A stretch of DNA of 55,038 bases, counting the filler, from Jimgerdemannia flammicorona (taxonomy: Eukaryota), in assembly GCA_003990765.1 (NCBI GenBank). It is 3 parts of 3 records of this genome, joined end to end, with 100 filler letters (N's around TTAATTAATTAA, not from the genome) between each part and the next. Parts side by side here need not be neighbours in the genome. Positions count along the whole stretch, not along the records: positions 18,388 to 36,673 come from RBNJ01002249.1; 2 more parts are not named here. One strand, given 5' to 3'. Below, one piece after another: positions 24,126 to 36,773 of this stretch; position 1 is the first letter of the stretch, and every line of letters starts with the position of its first letter. The notes below the pieces were generated by a model. That model ran no database searches, was not told the DNA's origin, and saw nothing but the letters and a program-made list of their open reading frames with translations. Position numbers and translations under genes: made by a program.

Positions 24126-25266
24126 ATGTCCTCGCATAACCGGAACCGCAACGACGGCCTATCCCACAACTACGTCAAGGAGCTTTCCAAGTGTTCACAG
24201 CAAGAGCTGATCGACCTCAAGGAGAAGAATGCGAGGCTTTTGAAGAACAGGTCCCTTCCATTCCCTCCAGAACACATCAAATCCGCCCCCGCATTTAGCA
24301 TATTTCGTCTCACCACTGTCTTCCGTCTCCACAGCTCACTCATGGCGACGCTCCGCGATCATGGCGCCCGTCTTCGCCAGACAAACAACGCCATCGATTC
24401 ACTCCTGCTCCAGCTGCACAACACAAGCGTTGCCAACGTCGTCGGTGGCTTGACGGGCCTTGACATAAAAAGCAACTTGGACTTGGAGCCTCAGCTGGGG
24501 AGCCCGCGCAAGGTATCTGCGCCGGGCGGGATCATGCACAAACGGCGGGTCACGGAGGAGTTCGACGAGATCATGGAGGTCGGTTGTTTGGTTGGCGTGG
24601 TTACTGGAGCTTCATCTTTTTTATTCTGTTTTGGCCGTTTTTGATGTACGGATGGCATGCTTGGCGTCGTCATGTTTGCGTCTTCCGTATGAATAATCGC
24701 CGATTCAATCTTCCGTCTCAGGAGACCCGCGTCAAAATGATTACCATCGAGGAATCGCTCGAGTTGCAGCGCGAACACACCCGTAGCATTGAGGTTCGTA
24801 CTTCTTCCGCATTGGAGCACGGGGTATTGATTGCTGGCACCACATTTTCGAATGTTATATCGCTTTTGCATTTAACGCCTCATCGAACAATGCATCTCCG
24901 TTCTGCAACCATTATCCAGGATGAGCACCTCAAGCTCGCCATACAACGTATGCAGCACGAGGCAGGCCGTTCGGCGGACATTGCTGAATCTCTGGCGTAC
25001 GTTCCACGATTTTGTTCCACCCATTGAAAAATTCTCTCGATGGTTTACAATTTCACGCGATATTCGATCTAACACCCCCTTCTTGATTCCCAATCACCCA
25101 CACATCCCATCACGTCAGCTCCCGCATGCAAGATATGACCATTGACACGGACTCGGACGATGACGATGACGATGACGACATCACGGATTCTGAAGACGAC
25201 CTCGGCGGGGTCGGTGGGATGGGCGAGTCGGATGTGTATGATGAAGGATTCGAGGAGGAGGGATGA
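24126..25266 (+). CDS. Gdown1/GRINL1A (POLR2M)-like protein, multi-exon
   Basis: ELSKCSQQELIDLKEKNARLLKN...MATLRDHGARL (cf. LPDKG motif), KMITIEESLELQREH...EHLKLAIQRM, and an acidic tail. GT-AG introns are visible. Confidence 0.6.
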
Positions 25267-26668
25267 GCGCCGCGGGATTGAGTACGAGGAGTAGAGGCAA
25301 GGAGGGGGGGCATAACATAATACCGGACGGACTTTGTTGGATTTGCCTGAGATAGTTGGGTGAAAAAATGTGATGGGATTGGATGCTAATGTAAATTTTT
25401 CTGCATCCCTCCCCAATTGTATTTATGTAGATTTGCGTTGCGAGTTTATATTTACTCTTTCTTTTCAATATACAACCTTTGTAAACGAACATTCTATGCT
25501 GTTGGGAACCTTGATCACGTGCCTTTTACGGTCAGTTCAGAGGTTCTAACACTTTCCTACTTCCACGTTTGCATTTACATTTGTATACATTACTAACTCT
25601 GCGCTGTCCATGTCCAACCATATTTTAGGTGAACCTTACTTAGCACATCTTCTGAGATATGTCTCCATAAACCCTTTGAAGTTCTACCGTCTTCACTTCT
25701 ATTTCCACGTCGCCATCTACGTTTCTACAGGTCATTAACTCCGTGCTGTCCACTCCACACCCACGTCCATCCACACCCACGTCCATCTATCCATACCGTT
25801 CGCGCCGCTTTTTGCCGACGGTCAATAACTTCCATGTCTCTAAAACTGCTACTCACGCTTCTTTACACCGCAGCCAACAACTCTCACAACAATTGGTGAT
25901 ACCAAACCGATATGACGCGACGGAATGCGACGCCTCGACATAATGCCAACAGCTAATTGCTAGCGTAGTGTGACTAATTGCTAACGTAGTGTATGACTAA
26001 ACGTTGGGTAAATGCTACAGGCATAGAGGAACCAGTCTAAGTTGATTCAGGTGCAAGGGAAACAATGATTGAAACTGAGTTGCATTGCATAAATTGTTCC
26101 GCATAAATGTTAAGCGACTTCACCTTTTCTGAAGTTTGAACTATGTTCATAACTATTAACTTTCAATTTCTCATAAAAGGACAGAAAAGATGAAAATCAT
26201 ACCACTGTCAATTTTAAATTTGAAGAACTGGGTTTGATTTCATCTTTTCTATCTAAGGACAAAAATTATTTATTATTAGACAAGACTCAAATTAAATCAT
26301 TGTAATGTCCAATAATAAATTATAAAGTTGCGGGATTGCAATGTTAATAAAAAATATTACAGTGTATTGGCTGGCCTTTTATATATGGGGCGTGCTGCAA
26401 CAAAACCAGACAAAGTCCGTAAAAAAAAAAAAAAAACAAAACCAGACAAAGTGACTGAAAATTTATGTTTGTAGTGACGTAATAGTGGCTTAGATGGTCA
26501 TTGTTTTTTTTTTGCTGGCGACGCGATTAGATAGTCTTTCTCATCACCAAGAGGTAAGCGCTTCAATAGTTGACACATCCATGAAATAATAGTTTAGTAA
26601 ATAAGAAGATCTAAGCTATTTTCTCTTGTGTAGTGCTCCTTGGCTAATCACTCAAGTCAATTTGCTAC

Positions 26669-29600
26669 CATGGACATTGACGCATACTTTGACGACCTGG
26701 ATAGCTGCTCACTAGCTAGTTTTCTGTTGTATACAAATGCAACAGACAGAACCAAAACCCACAGCCTGTACAAAGATATCCTTCAAGCCATCTCAAACGA
26801 CTCCAACATTTCACCAGAACGAAGAGAGGCGGCGAACTCACGTCTAGAGGATTTCAAGAAGTTATTCTTAATTTTCGGAGAGCAAAATTATCATGTACCA
26901 TTGATACCTAAACCCCTGACCGTGCGTTATGTGGGGCTATGGCTGTGCGCTGGTTGGATTGATGCTAAACCCCTGACCGTGCGTTATGTGGGGCTATGGC
27001 CATGCGCTGCATGTCTCCCTTTAGTACAGATTTTCTAAAGAAATTGGATCTTTTTCATATTATTGGCAACACTAACAAATCTGCCTTAATATAGACCCAA
27101 CGCACGTCAGATGAGGCGAAACAGTATTGGATAAATATGACAATCAATAGACTGAAGGAACAAATTGATCTTGAACAGGTTAGTAGGCTGCTTTTTGACA
27201 TCTCACCTTAATATTCCCTCACTGTAAACGGCGCGTCTGGCAAATGGGGTCAGAAATAAGAGTAAGCGAGCTAAATTATTTGCTAGAAGTTTTCGGGAAA
27301 TCATTATAATCCGTGTCACATTCGCGTGCGGTACCGATGGTCTACATGTCCGAACCATGACACACTCTAATAAGTTCATTTTTAGATGCTACACATACTG
27401 GAGGCCACGAAGGACACCCGGACTCAAGGAACATTTCTACGCAAGGCGATCACGAACAAACTTGAACACCAAGCACAGGTAATACAATTGGCCAATGTTC
27501 AAATTTAATCTTCCGGCATAGCTTTTTAAAGGGAAGTGGCGTAGGTTGGAAATTATTGAATTCTTAAGTTGATCCAGTTGGTATTTCCCAAATATTAGGA
27601 AGTGACGAAAAAAAAATATGCCCGAGGAAAGCACATTGGTTAGTGCTTAAATTAATTTAACTGGCACTTTCTACCTACGTAATTAATTATTGGAGGATCA
27701 ATAATACCCGAGTTTTGCTTCTATCATTGCTGTCGAAGCCCTCTCTAAATGACAGTTGCAAGTCTGGTGACCGCGCTCCAGAACACGTCAGGACCTCTTC
27801 ACCTCCAAACGATGATGAGTTTGAGTAAGTCGATTATTGCCTTATACTTTCGTTCGACTATACAATAAAAATGATCCTTACTCTTTTCCAATCGTCAAGT
27901 CCCAGTGACGTGATGCAGGTGACCTTCAGATATTCCAAATTGTTATTATCTTAAATGGTGATTCTATTGCAGGCCTTAATTGATGTTCTAACTCTTCCCG
28001 ATTTTCATATCAAAATCACGGTGATGTTAATGACGTAAAGCCAAGGGAACGCCCTGGGAAACGGAAATTTGATATCGTCGCTGAAGAGACGTCAACATTG
28101 GGAATACCATCGCGACTGAAAATGAATTCCGAGACCGGCGATGATCCTTTCGATGAAGTCGACTCGCTTACAGATTACGAAATCGATTTGGTTTTTGAGG
28201 GTTCTGACGATCTTCTTCCAAAGGAATGTGCGATTGTGGAAGAGGAAGTAGTAAAGGCCCAAATTGAGCAAAATTGGAAAAAGTGGGGTGCGGACCTTCT
28301 AATCATAAACATTGGTATGTACCTTGCAATTTCCTGTTATGATTACTATTTTCGAACATGAACAACTGATCATTATATCTGTCATGAAGCCCAGAGAATT
28401 ACGGGATAATCCGCTGTGGTTCGGGCATTCAATGCTCTGACTGGATGTCCAAGAAATTATATCAATCTTTGCAATCTAGTTTACCAAAAGCTACCCGGGT
28501 ACTGTTCGTAGACTACAATTCATCAATAACTGATATTCTGAAGCAAGTAAGTGATTTACTTGCTGGTTGTAAAAAAAAAAGTGCACCTTTGACCAATATC
28601 TCTGGACCCTCAGAAATCCCTTGTATGCTGGATGCTCTCTATTTCGAAAGCACCACCTGCCAACGAGCCGTGTGGGAGTAAATATTACATTATGGATCGA
28701 ATTTTCAACCAGTTGTGAGTCGTCTTATGTTCGATCTGCAGATTGGAGTTTCCTTTTACTAGTGTATGCATTTATCTCCTTTTGCTTATCAATAGTGCAC
28801 GTGAGGTGTTTACTCCGGACAACAATCCTTCCGATATAGGGTTGTCGGAAGCGTACTACGATTTCCTCGCCCTCTGGCCTTGTATACGAGCCTCTGTCAG
28901 CGGATTGGGATCTGAATTGGGAAATGCAAAATTTTTACCGTAAGTTTGCCTTTCTTTTCCTGTGCTTATAAGACTAATTCTGTCAATCCTTCTCTTCCTG
29001 AATTGTACAACACTTTATTAACAATTTGATAGAGGGGAAATATATGAAAGCTTCGTCATCAGCTGGAGTCGCATATGAAGGTGGACGGCGTTGTGCAAAT
29101 TGACTTCTCAGAGATTGAACTGCTATCAATGGAAGTAACCGGCCATCATGGCCTCCGTGACAAAAACAGGGCTGGCTGGGATCATATTAAGGGAACGCAT
29201 GCTGCATTGGCAATGCTATCACGAATTGCGTATATTTTTATGCATGGATCCGTAGAACTTTTCCAAGACATCAAGGTGGCATTCGTGCATGCCCATGGTT
29301 AGTAAGAAAATTTTACAATCTTGGTTGACCTTAACTCTGGCTCACCAATGATCATGTTATTTTTCCTTTTTTTAATTAGGAACGTCTTTACATTTATGGC
29401 TCTTCAACATGTCGCAAAAGCAACAGTCCCGGCGAAATTTGGCGAAGCTCTTCTTTTATGCGAGTAATCAACTTCTTATGGACATTGAGGGTAAATACAA
29501 AACAGTCCTTCAAAGGGTTTTCACTTAACTTGCTAACGCGTTTCATATTTTTTGCGCAGGTTGAAATCTCAAAGACAGTGAAGACACTGGTGAAGTTGAA

Positions 29601-29720
29601 GGAATCGCATGAAGAAAAGACCTTAGGAATAAAGTTGCGGGGAGAAAAGTGTGGACAGTTTCTCTACAAAGCCTTGACACCGGTGGTGGCATCGCAGAGG
29701 AGTAAGATCGCAACTATCAC
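26669..29720 (+). pseudogene. Crinkler/REase-fold-like multi-exon gene, probably disrupted
   Basis: N-terminus MDIDAYFDD...; C-terminal KVDGVV...IELLSMEVTG...WDHIKG...AMLSRIA is a PD-(D/E)xK-like signature of expanded Mucoromycota families. Apparent frameshifts near 29040-29075; the 3' end abuts a poly(T) insertion. Confidence 0.5.
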
Positions 29721-29762
<42 letters not shown>

Positions 29763-29766
29763 TTCT

Positions 29767-29826
<60 letters not shown>

Positions 29827-29879
29827 GTCACTTGGACTTACCATTCTATTATCTATATGTATAGAGCCCCATTCTACTG

Positions 29880-30337
29880 CTTCTTTCTCTGCTATCTTAT
29901 TGGTTACAATGGTTTGGTAGGTAATTTTCTGAGTTCACTTTTCATAATAATTATCTTTTCTATTTTAGATTGGTTTGTTGTTTTGTTGTAGAGCAATGGA
30001 AGGGAAGTAATGGTGATGAGTTGTTTTTTTATTAGTGTTTGATTAGTGTCTTTTTTACTTTTTTATAGTTTTTGGTATCTTCAGTTATATTTGGAATATA
30101 TTCATTTTGGTGTGATATTTTCTTTCTTTTGTTGTTACCAATAAGGTATTGTTTTGGAGTATTATGGGTTATATAGGAAGTTAGTTAATTTTGGGCATCA
30201 AGTACTTAGTATAGGTTACTTATAAGTTCTTAATATTTGTGGTAGAGTTTTTTGACTTTAGTGAGTTTTTTAGTAAATATAGTTTTGGTATAAGTAATTA
30301 TTTTTTGGATATTATTGGGTTGAAAAGAGAGATAGCA
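29880..30337 (+). mobile_element. 5' part of a poly(A) retroposon copy (3' part at 35432-35842)
   Basis: Matches 2440-2895. Left flank agagccccattctact matches right flank agagttccattctatt at 35843 (decayed TSD). Confidence 0.75.
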
Positions 30338-30339
30338 TT

Positions 30340-31576
30340 CTGAAGTATAACTACTGTAAAGTAAAATATAAGTCTAAAGATAGCTCAACAACAAATTTGT
30401 GGATGCATTTCAATAAACACCATAAGAGTCTTCAGATTGGAATGATAGATTCATACTTATCACAAGTATGGTTTACCTTTTGACCATGTTGTAATTGGGG
30501 GAGCTGGTGGCTATACTGATGAGTGTCCTAAGAACTCTCTTTTTTTAAATAGCCAAAATTCTCTATACAGTTATTTCAAGACAAGCTTATTCGCTGGATT
30601 ATTGATGACAATCAGCCTTTTACAGTTGTTGAGAGTTCAGAGCTGAAAGATATTTTTTGCCTTCTGAAACCAGACATTACTATTTCTTCTGCTGGAACTA
30701 TTCGAAATGAAATCAGACTAGCTTTTCAATAGAGTTATGATGCTATCAAAATTAAGCTACAGGTAAGATTTAATATTTTAACTTATTCAAATCTTAATTC
30801 GAATTAAGCTTATTCCAATTAATTTATTTGGAAATAAAATGTACTCAGTCGAATATCTTTCACTATTGACACATAGACATTACCTAATATGTATGCATTT
30901 CTTGGAATTAATACACATTGGATCAGTCAGAATTAGCAACTCAACTGTATGTTGATTGATTTTGTCAAGCTGTCAGGACCTCATTTGGGTGAAAATCTTG
31001 CTGATGCCTTCATGAACTGTATCAGAGACTTTGGGATATTGACAAAGATACATAATTTCATATTTTGGAACCAGATGGTTTTGTTTTATATTTTTACATG
31101 AAAAAGATTGTGATTTTTTTTTTTAAAAAAATATATATATATTTCGAAATACAGTTATCTTACATTTCAAATTATTGATTTTCACTCTAGATATTGGCTA
31201 TAATAACAGATAATGCATCCAATAACAATGTGTTTTTTCAAATAATTCAGGAGAAATTCAATCACACTTACCTTAATAATCCACCAATACAACACATATA
31301 CTGCCTGGTACATATCATTAACCTGGCTGTTTAGGCATTTTTAATCTGTCTGAAGGCTGAGAGTAAAGATGATGATATAACTGAGAATAGAGAAATATCA
31401 AGGCTCCGAATGATTATTACCAAGATCCGATCTTTACCACAGTGTCGAGAGCAATTTGCTAAGCAATGTAGAATTTTTGGAATCAGCAATCCAAAAGAAC
31501 TCATATTGGATATTAGAACTCGATGGAATTCAACATATTTGATGATTGAATGAGCCTTAGAATTATCAGAAGTAAG

Positions 31577-31612
<36 letters not shown>

Positions 31613-32726
31613 CATTCTTCAGATCAGTACTCCCAACAAATAGCATCAAATTGAATTGGCGATTCGATTTAAAATATTTCAAAATATTTTGAATCGAATA
31701 TATTTAATTTATTCATGAGTGATAATCTAACGAATTAATTACTATTATGTATATATATTATATATAGCCCTTAACTACAACCATTATTGCTGATAGGAAT
31801 TTTTGAAAATACACCATTGAAGATTATATTTGGCAGGTGTTAAAAGACATTATTGGTATTCTAAAGTGCTTCAAACAAGCAACAGATCTTACTATGCGGC
31901 ATAAATATCCAATAATTTATTCTACTGTTCCAATTTACAACTTCTTACTGGATAAGTTGGAGGATAATAATACCAAAGAGTCGAATCCCATTCACCTGAC
32001 ACTAACAGCAGCTATTGTTAAGTTGAAAGAATATTATAAAAGGACAGATACTCCAATTTATTATATTGGTACCAATAAGTATATATATTCGAAATGATGT
32101 TGGCTACATTTTGAAATTGAACTAATTTTTTTCTTTTTTGAATAAAACCAGTACTCGATCTCAGGCTTAAATTACAATATTATATATCTCATGATTGGGA
32201 ACCCGAGTAGATTGAAGAGGCAAAAAATGCATTTTATACAACCTATAATACAACCTACGCCCCTCTAGCTGGATCAGTTTATCAAGCAAGTTTTAATATT
32301 GAAGATACTAGAGATGATGTGGATGCTGAACTATAAGAATATATGTTCAGCAAATGACAGAAACTGATAGCAATTCCTGAGCAAGAGATAGATATTTATT
32401 TGAAACATGAAACTGTTGAATATCCACCAGAAGTTGATATATTATCTTGGTGGCAAGTAAGTTGAGAATTTTTATATATGTATATTCAAATAGAAATTTT
32501 AGAATTTCTTTTTGATTTAATCATTTATGAAAAATATTAGGGCTATAGCAGAGATTTCCCAAATCTAATAAAAATGGTATATGACTATTTAGCCATCCCT
32601 GCAACAAGTACACTAATTGAAAGAATACTTTCAAAGGGTAAAGATCTCATGTCATTAAAAAGAGATACTTTAGACCCTGAAACAATTTATGAATGTATGT
32701 GTTTAAAGGCATGGCAATCAGTCTAA
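30340..32726 (+). pseudogene. hAT (Ac/Restless-like) transposase with introns
   Basis: WIIDDNQPFTVVE, RISFTIDT*T...FLGINTHW, TDNASNN, C.VHIINL, LILDIRTRWNST, DILSWW, YLAIPATST.IER..S, CMCLKAW*. Confidence 0.9.
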
Positions 32727-32829
32727 TATTCCAATAAGCTAGCTAATCCCAAAATCTCGAAATATATATATATATTTTTTTTCCAGTAATTTCTGATATA
32801 CATACCTTCAAATAAAACCCCTTGGTCGA

Positions 32830-33265
32830 AATAATAGCTGCTTCAGATGTGGTGGCATCAAGAGCTTCCAATATGGCAGCATATATGTAGCCAAGTGGAT
32901 ATGGCAGTGCTTTAAATATGGCAGCAAAGAGCAAACTCTTGGTTCTTGTCAGTGATAGTGAGCAAATGCTGAGGCAAATACTTAACAGATTTAAGCATGG
33001 GTGGCACTTCGAACATACATAGCCAAGAGCTTCAGATATGGTGGTACTTCAAATATATGTAGCCAAGAGCTTCAGATATAGCGGCGCTTCAGATATGGTG
33101 GCACTTTGAACATACGTAGTCAGATGGTGCTTCAAATACATATGTAGCCAAGAGCTTCAGATATGGCAGTGCTTCAAATATATGTAGTCAGGTGGCACTT
33201 TGAACATATGTAGTCAAGAGCTTCAGATATGGCACTTCGGATATGGCTATGGCTATGGCATCAGG
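32830..33265 (+). repeat. Imperfect tandem repeats (AGAGCTTCAGATATGGCAGCACTTCGAACATACGTAGCC-like units)
   Basis: The motif recurs many times between the transposase stop and the acidic ORF. Confidence 0.85.
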
Positions 33266-33346
33266 TAAAACGTATAAATAAGCTGCCTCTAATGGTGAGA
33301 AAAGAAAAAAAAAAAAAAAACATTTCTCCTACTAATAACCTTTATA

Positions 33347-34113
33347 ATGAATACTCTTGCAAATAACCTTCATGCTTACCTTGAAACCATCTCTGGAGCA
33401 TTTAAAATGATGAATCATTGAATTGGCAGAATCATTACATGGCTAAATGAAGAAGAAACAACTACTACCAAAGCTCAATGTAAAAGGAAAAAAAGAAAAA
33501 TTATAGATACTATCGAAGAATTCATCAAGGCAATAGATGACACTATCTTCCTCTATTCAGATGATGATGATGGCTCAGACGATGATGAGATAGATGAGGC
33601 TATCCTCCTTTCAGCTGGCAGCAGCGAGGGAGAAGAGATTATTCTCCTTTCAACAGATGATGAGGCCACTCAAGATAATGAGGCCATCATTACTATTCAA
33701 GATGACAAGGCCATCATTACTATTCAAGATGATGATGAGACCATTATTCAAGAAATTCAAGATGAGACTGCAATTCAAGACGATAACACCATTCTTACTA
33801 TTCAAGATAATGAGGCTGCCAACGAGGCTGCCAATGAGACTGTCAATGAGGCCACCAATGAGGTCACTGATGCCACTAAGACTACTGATGCCACCAAGGC
33901 TGCTGACACCGCTAAGGCCACCACTGCTCCAAGAAGGCCAAGAGGCAAGTCTTGCATAAGCTGCTTCAATTACTAGTAATATGGAAAGACATGTAGTACC
34001 TTACTCAAAATTTGCCAAAAGTTAAACCCATTGACTCCAAACCTTCCTCTTGAAAAACAACCATATAACAATGCTCAGTAGATGGCAGCTGCAGCCAGGT
34101 GTTATAGGAAGTA
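33347..34113 (+). pseudogene. Second ORF inside hAT: acidic repeat region plus basic/Cys motif
   Basis: MNTLANNL...KRKKRKII...DDDDGSDDDEIDE...(IITIQDD)n...RRPRGKSCISCFNY**YGKTCSTLLKIC in one frame with few C>T stops. Confidence 0.6.
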
Positions 34114-34284
34114 GACTATTGCAGGTACAGGGAGATAGACAATAAAAAGAATTTTGGTTACTTGACAATAAAAATTTTTGTAGGAAGTAGACTATTACAG
34201 ATACAAGGGGGTAGATAATAAAAAGAATTTCGATTACTTGGCAATAAAAATTTTTGTGGCATGTGTTATATGTGACAAATTGAG

Positions 34285-34491
34285 ACCCTTGATCAAACTT
34301 CTAATTCAATTCATATTGAATTGAATCAAACCCCCAATTCGATTCATATCGAATCAAATCAAATCCCCAATTTGATTCAAATTTGATTCAATTTGAATTC
34401 AATTCAAATATGAAAATCCCCATTTCCATTTGATTTGAATCAATCTCAATTTGATTTGATTCGAATATATTTGATTCATTTGGAAGTACTA
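34285..34491 (+). repeat. hAT right subterminal repeats and terminal inverted repeat
   Basis: Arrays of (T)TCGAAT/ATTCAA motifs end in TTCATTTGGAAGTACTA, whose reverse complement resembles the MITE end TAGTGCTCCAAATGA. Confidence 0.75.
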
Positions 34492-35431
34492 TGCATGCCT
34501 AAGAACCCAATATATGTACAAGGCCATGCTTGAGCCAAATAGAATAGCCCCTACTACCCCAAAGAGAATGACAGGCAAAGAAAAACTCTCATCAAAGCAC
34601 AATATGATAGATAAGGCCTGGTTCTCCCAGTCAAGGTGAGTAAAGGACTTATACATGAGGCAGGAGAAAGCCCTCAATACTCCACTACTCAAGCCTATAG
34701 GCCTCAATCACATTACCATATCAGCTCCCAGTTCTAGTTAAGTATAGCCAAGATGTCTGAAATGGGTAGCCTCAGGTCCTCTGACCCCCCCTGATGACTG
34801 GGGCCCAACCCCGCTGACTGTCAAAAGAAGCTGAGAGTGACACCTACTACCTAACCATACCATACCAATCAAAAGACCCCACCAAAGCAGCATCTGCCCC
34901 AGCCCCAATGACTGCCTACAGCCTGATACTCTACTGGTTCACCATTATTGCTCTTCCTCCTATCTGTAACAGCCATCTCTCCTCCCATCCTGACAATACC
35001 TGAAAAGCAGTCACCTACACCAGAACTGTACTTGCCGGGAAGCTTGCCAAAGCCAGAGGGCTCCATCACAAGTACCAAAGATCTGCAGATAACCTACACT
35101 GAGCACTTGATGCCCAAGATTGGCTGACTCCCTACATAGCCCAAGACACACTGAGATAACTCCTTGTTGGTGATGGCAAAAGGAAAAAGGTACCTTACCA
35201 AAATGAGTATACTCCAGATGCAGCTGAAGGCATTAGAATCCACGAAAAAGTAGAGAAAGCACTGATCCAACACTCATAAAGGGGTAACTCATCACTATTG
35301 CCCTCCTCCCACTATGCCCCTGTAGGCACAGCAAACCAACCTGAGATAGAGGGGGTAATATTAGAGGAAAGGGAACTCAGAAGGTCACCTACTAAACCTT
35401 GTGACCAGTAAGGTAGCAGAGAAAGGAGCCA
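34492..35431 (-). mobile_element. Poly(A) retroposon copy, 3' end lost at hAT insertion
   Basis: Reverse complement of 2438-3375. Confidence 0.85.
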
Positions 35432-35842
35432 TGTAAGTTCTTTACTCATCTTATCTGAGAGATCTAGGTTTTATTTACTATACTATACTTTGATAAGAGT
35501 TTTTTCTTTATCTGTCATTCTCTTTAAGGTGGTAAAGATTATTCTATTTGGCTTGGGCATGGTCTTATATATGTATATTGAAGTTTTGGATATATATTTT
35601 CAGTCATTGATATATAGCTGAGTTCTCTCTGATAGTAGAGAGAGTATGATATACAGAATGAGATGCAGGCCACTATAGGCCCTGCTGTGTCTGGTATGGT
35701 TGAGCTACTGGACAATAGCTAACTTAAGTTAATAGAGGAGCAGTGCTTGATAGATAATAGGAAAGAGTTTTGGTCTATATAGTTTAGGTTTTTTTCTAAT
35801 AAAAATCTACAGAACTCTGAGTCCATAAAATAAAAATAAAAA
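35432..35842 (+). mobile_element. 3' part of poly(A) retroposon copy with A-rich tail
   Basis: Matches 3213-3610; AATAAA followed by an A-rich tail. Confidence 0.85.
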
Positions 35843-36673
35843 AAGAGTTCCATTCTATTACCCAATTCCCCTAGAGAGACCCCCCTCTATACTCTCATAC
35901 TTGAATACCACCCTATCTCTCACTACTCCAACTTTCCCCTCACTCTGTCTATAAATCTTTTCTATCAATCAATATTGCTGACCACTCTGCAGATCCCATC
36001 TCAATCACCAGCCTGTCAGAATATCTTTCATCAACTCTTCTCATCTCAACAACTATTCTCCCAAACCCAAATATTTCCCTTCCTTAAAAATAAACAACTA
36101 GTAACTCACTAGCCCCATCTATATAGCTAATACTCAACCCAAAGTGAGCCATTTCTTCTTAATCCCTCTCACTAATCTATTCTTAAGATCCTCTCATTGA
36201 CTTCTCTCAGTATTCCCCCTATAGTTTATGAGCCTACTTAAATTAATCAGTTTCAGCGATATAATTACACTTCGAAAGAATGCCAAACTGGGAAATGAGC
36301 AAATGTGGTGATCGCTGATTCCCGCAGAAATATAGCGGGAAGTGTCTGTACTGAAAGGCAGATTTTTGTAATCGTGGAGCGCAGCTTATCAGATAAGGGG
36401 ATAGAACATTTGTGTTCTGATTTCTGAGACCGAACTGCCATTTATTGAATAAATAATGGAGGTATTTATATAAAGTACAAAGCAGCCTTAGCAAATACGA
36501 AATGAGAAGAAATCCGAGATGAGATAAAATACAAAATGGAATAGAATATGAAATAGAATAGAATACGAAATGAGATAGTATATCCTCCTCCAAGCTCAGA
36601 AAGCAAAGAAATCGTTTTCCTTCACTTCCTCGTCGGGGCTTATATATACAATAATTTTTTTTTTTTTTTTTTT

Positions 36674-36773
36674 NNNNNNNNNNNNNNNNNNNNNNNNNNN
36701 NNNNNNNNNNNNNNNNNTTAATTAATTAANNNNNNNNNNNNNNNNNNNNNNNNNNNNNNNNNNNNNNNNNNNN
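36674..36773. other. Artificial contig linker (N + TTAATTAATTAA)
   Basis: Identical in design to 18288-18387. Confidence 0.95.

Larger units (their letters stand above)
29723..36240 (-). mobile_element. Probable 3' fragment of a LINE-like element hosting nested insertions
   Basis: Poly(T) at 29723-29823. The sequence appears to resume at ~35860-36240 as purine-rich minus-strand DNA with an IWVW..SC-like motif. Confidence 0.35.

Noticed and set aside
32830..33265. Repeat array as CRISPR
   Set aside because: Units are degenerate with no unique spacers, there are no cas genes, and the context is a eukaryotic transposon.
34492..35842. Head-to-head retroposon halves as a twin-priming 5' inversion or a long-TIR element
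   Set aside because: The halves overlap by ~160 bp, and the right flank matches the TSD at 29863, so nested independent insertions explain it better.
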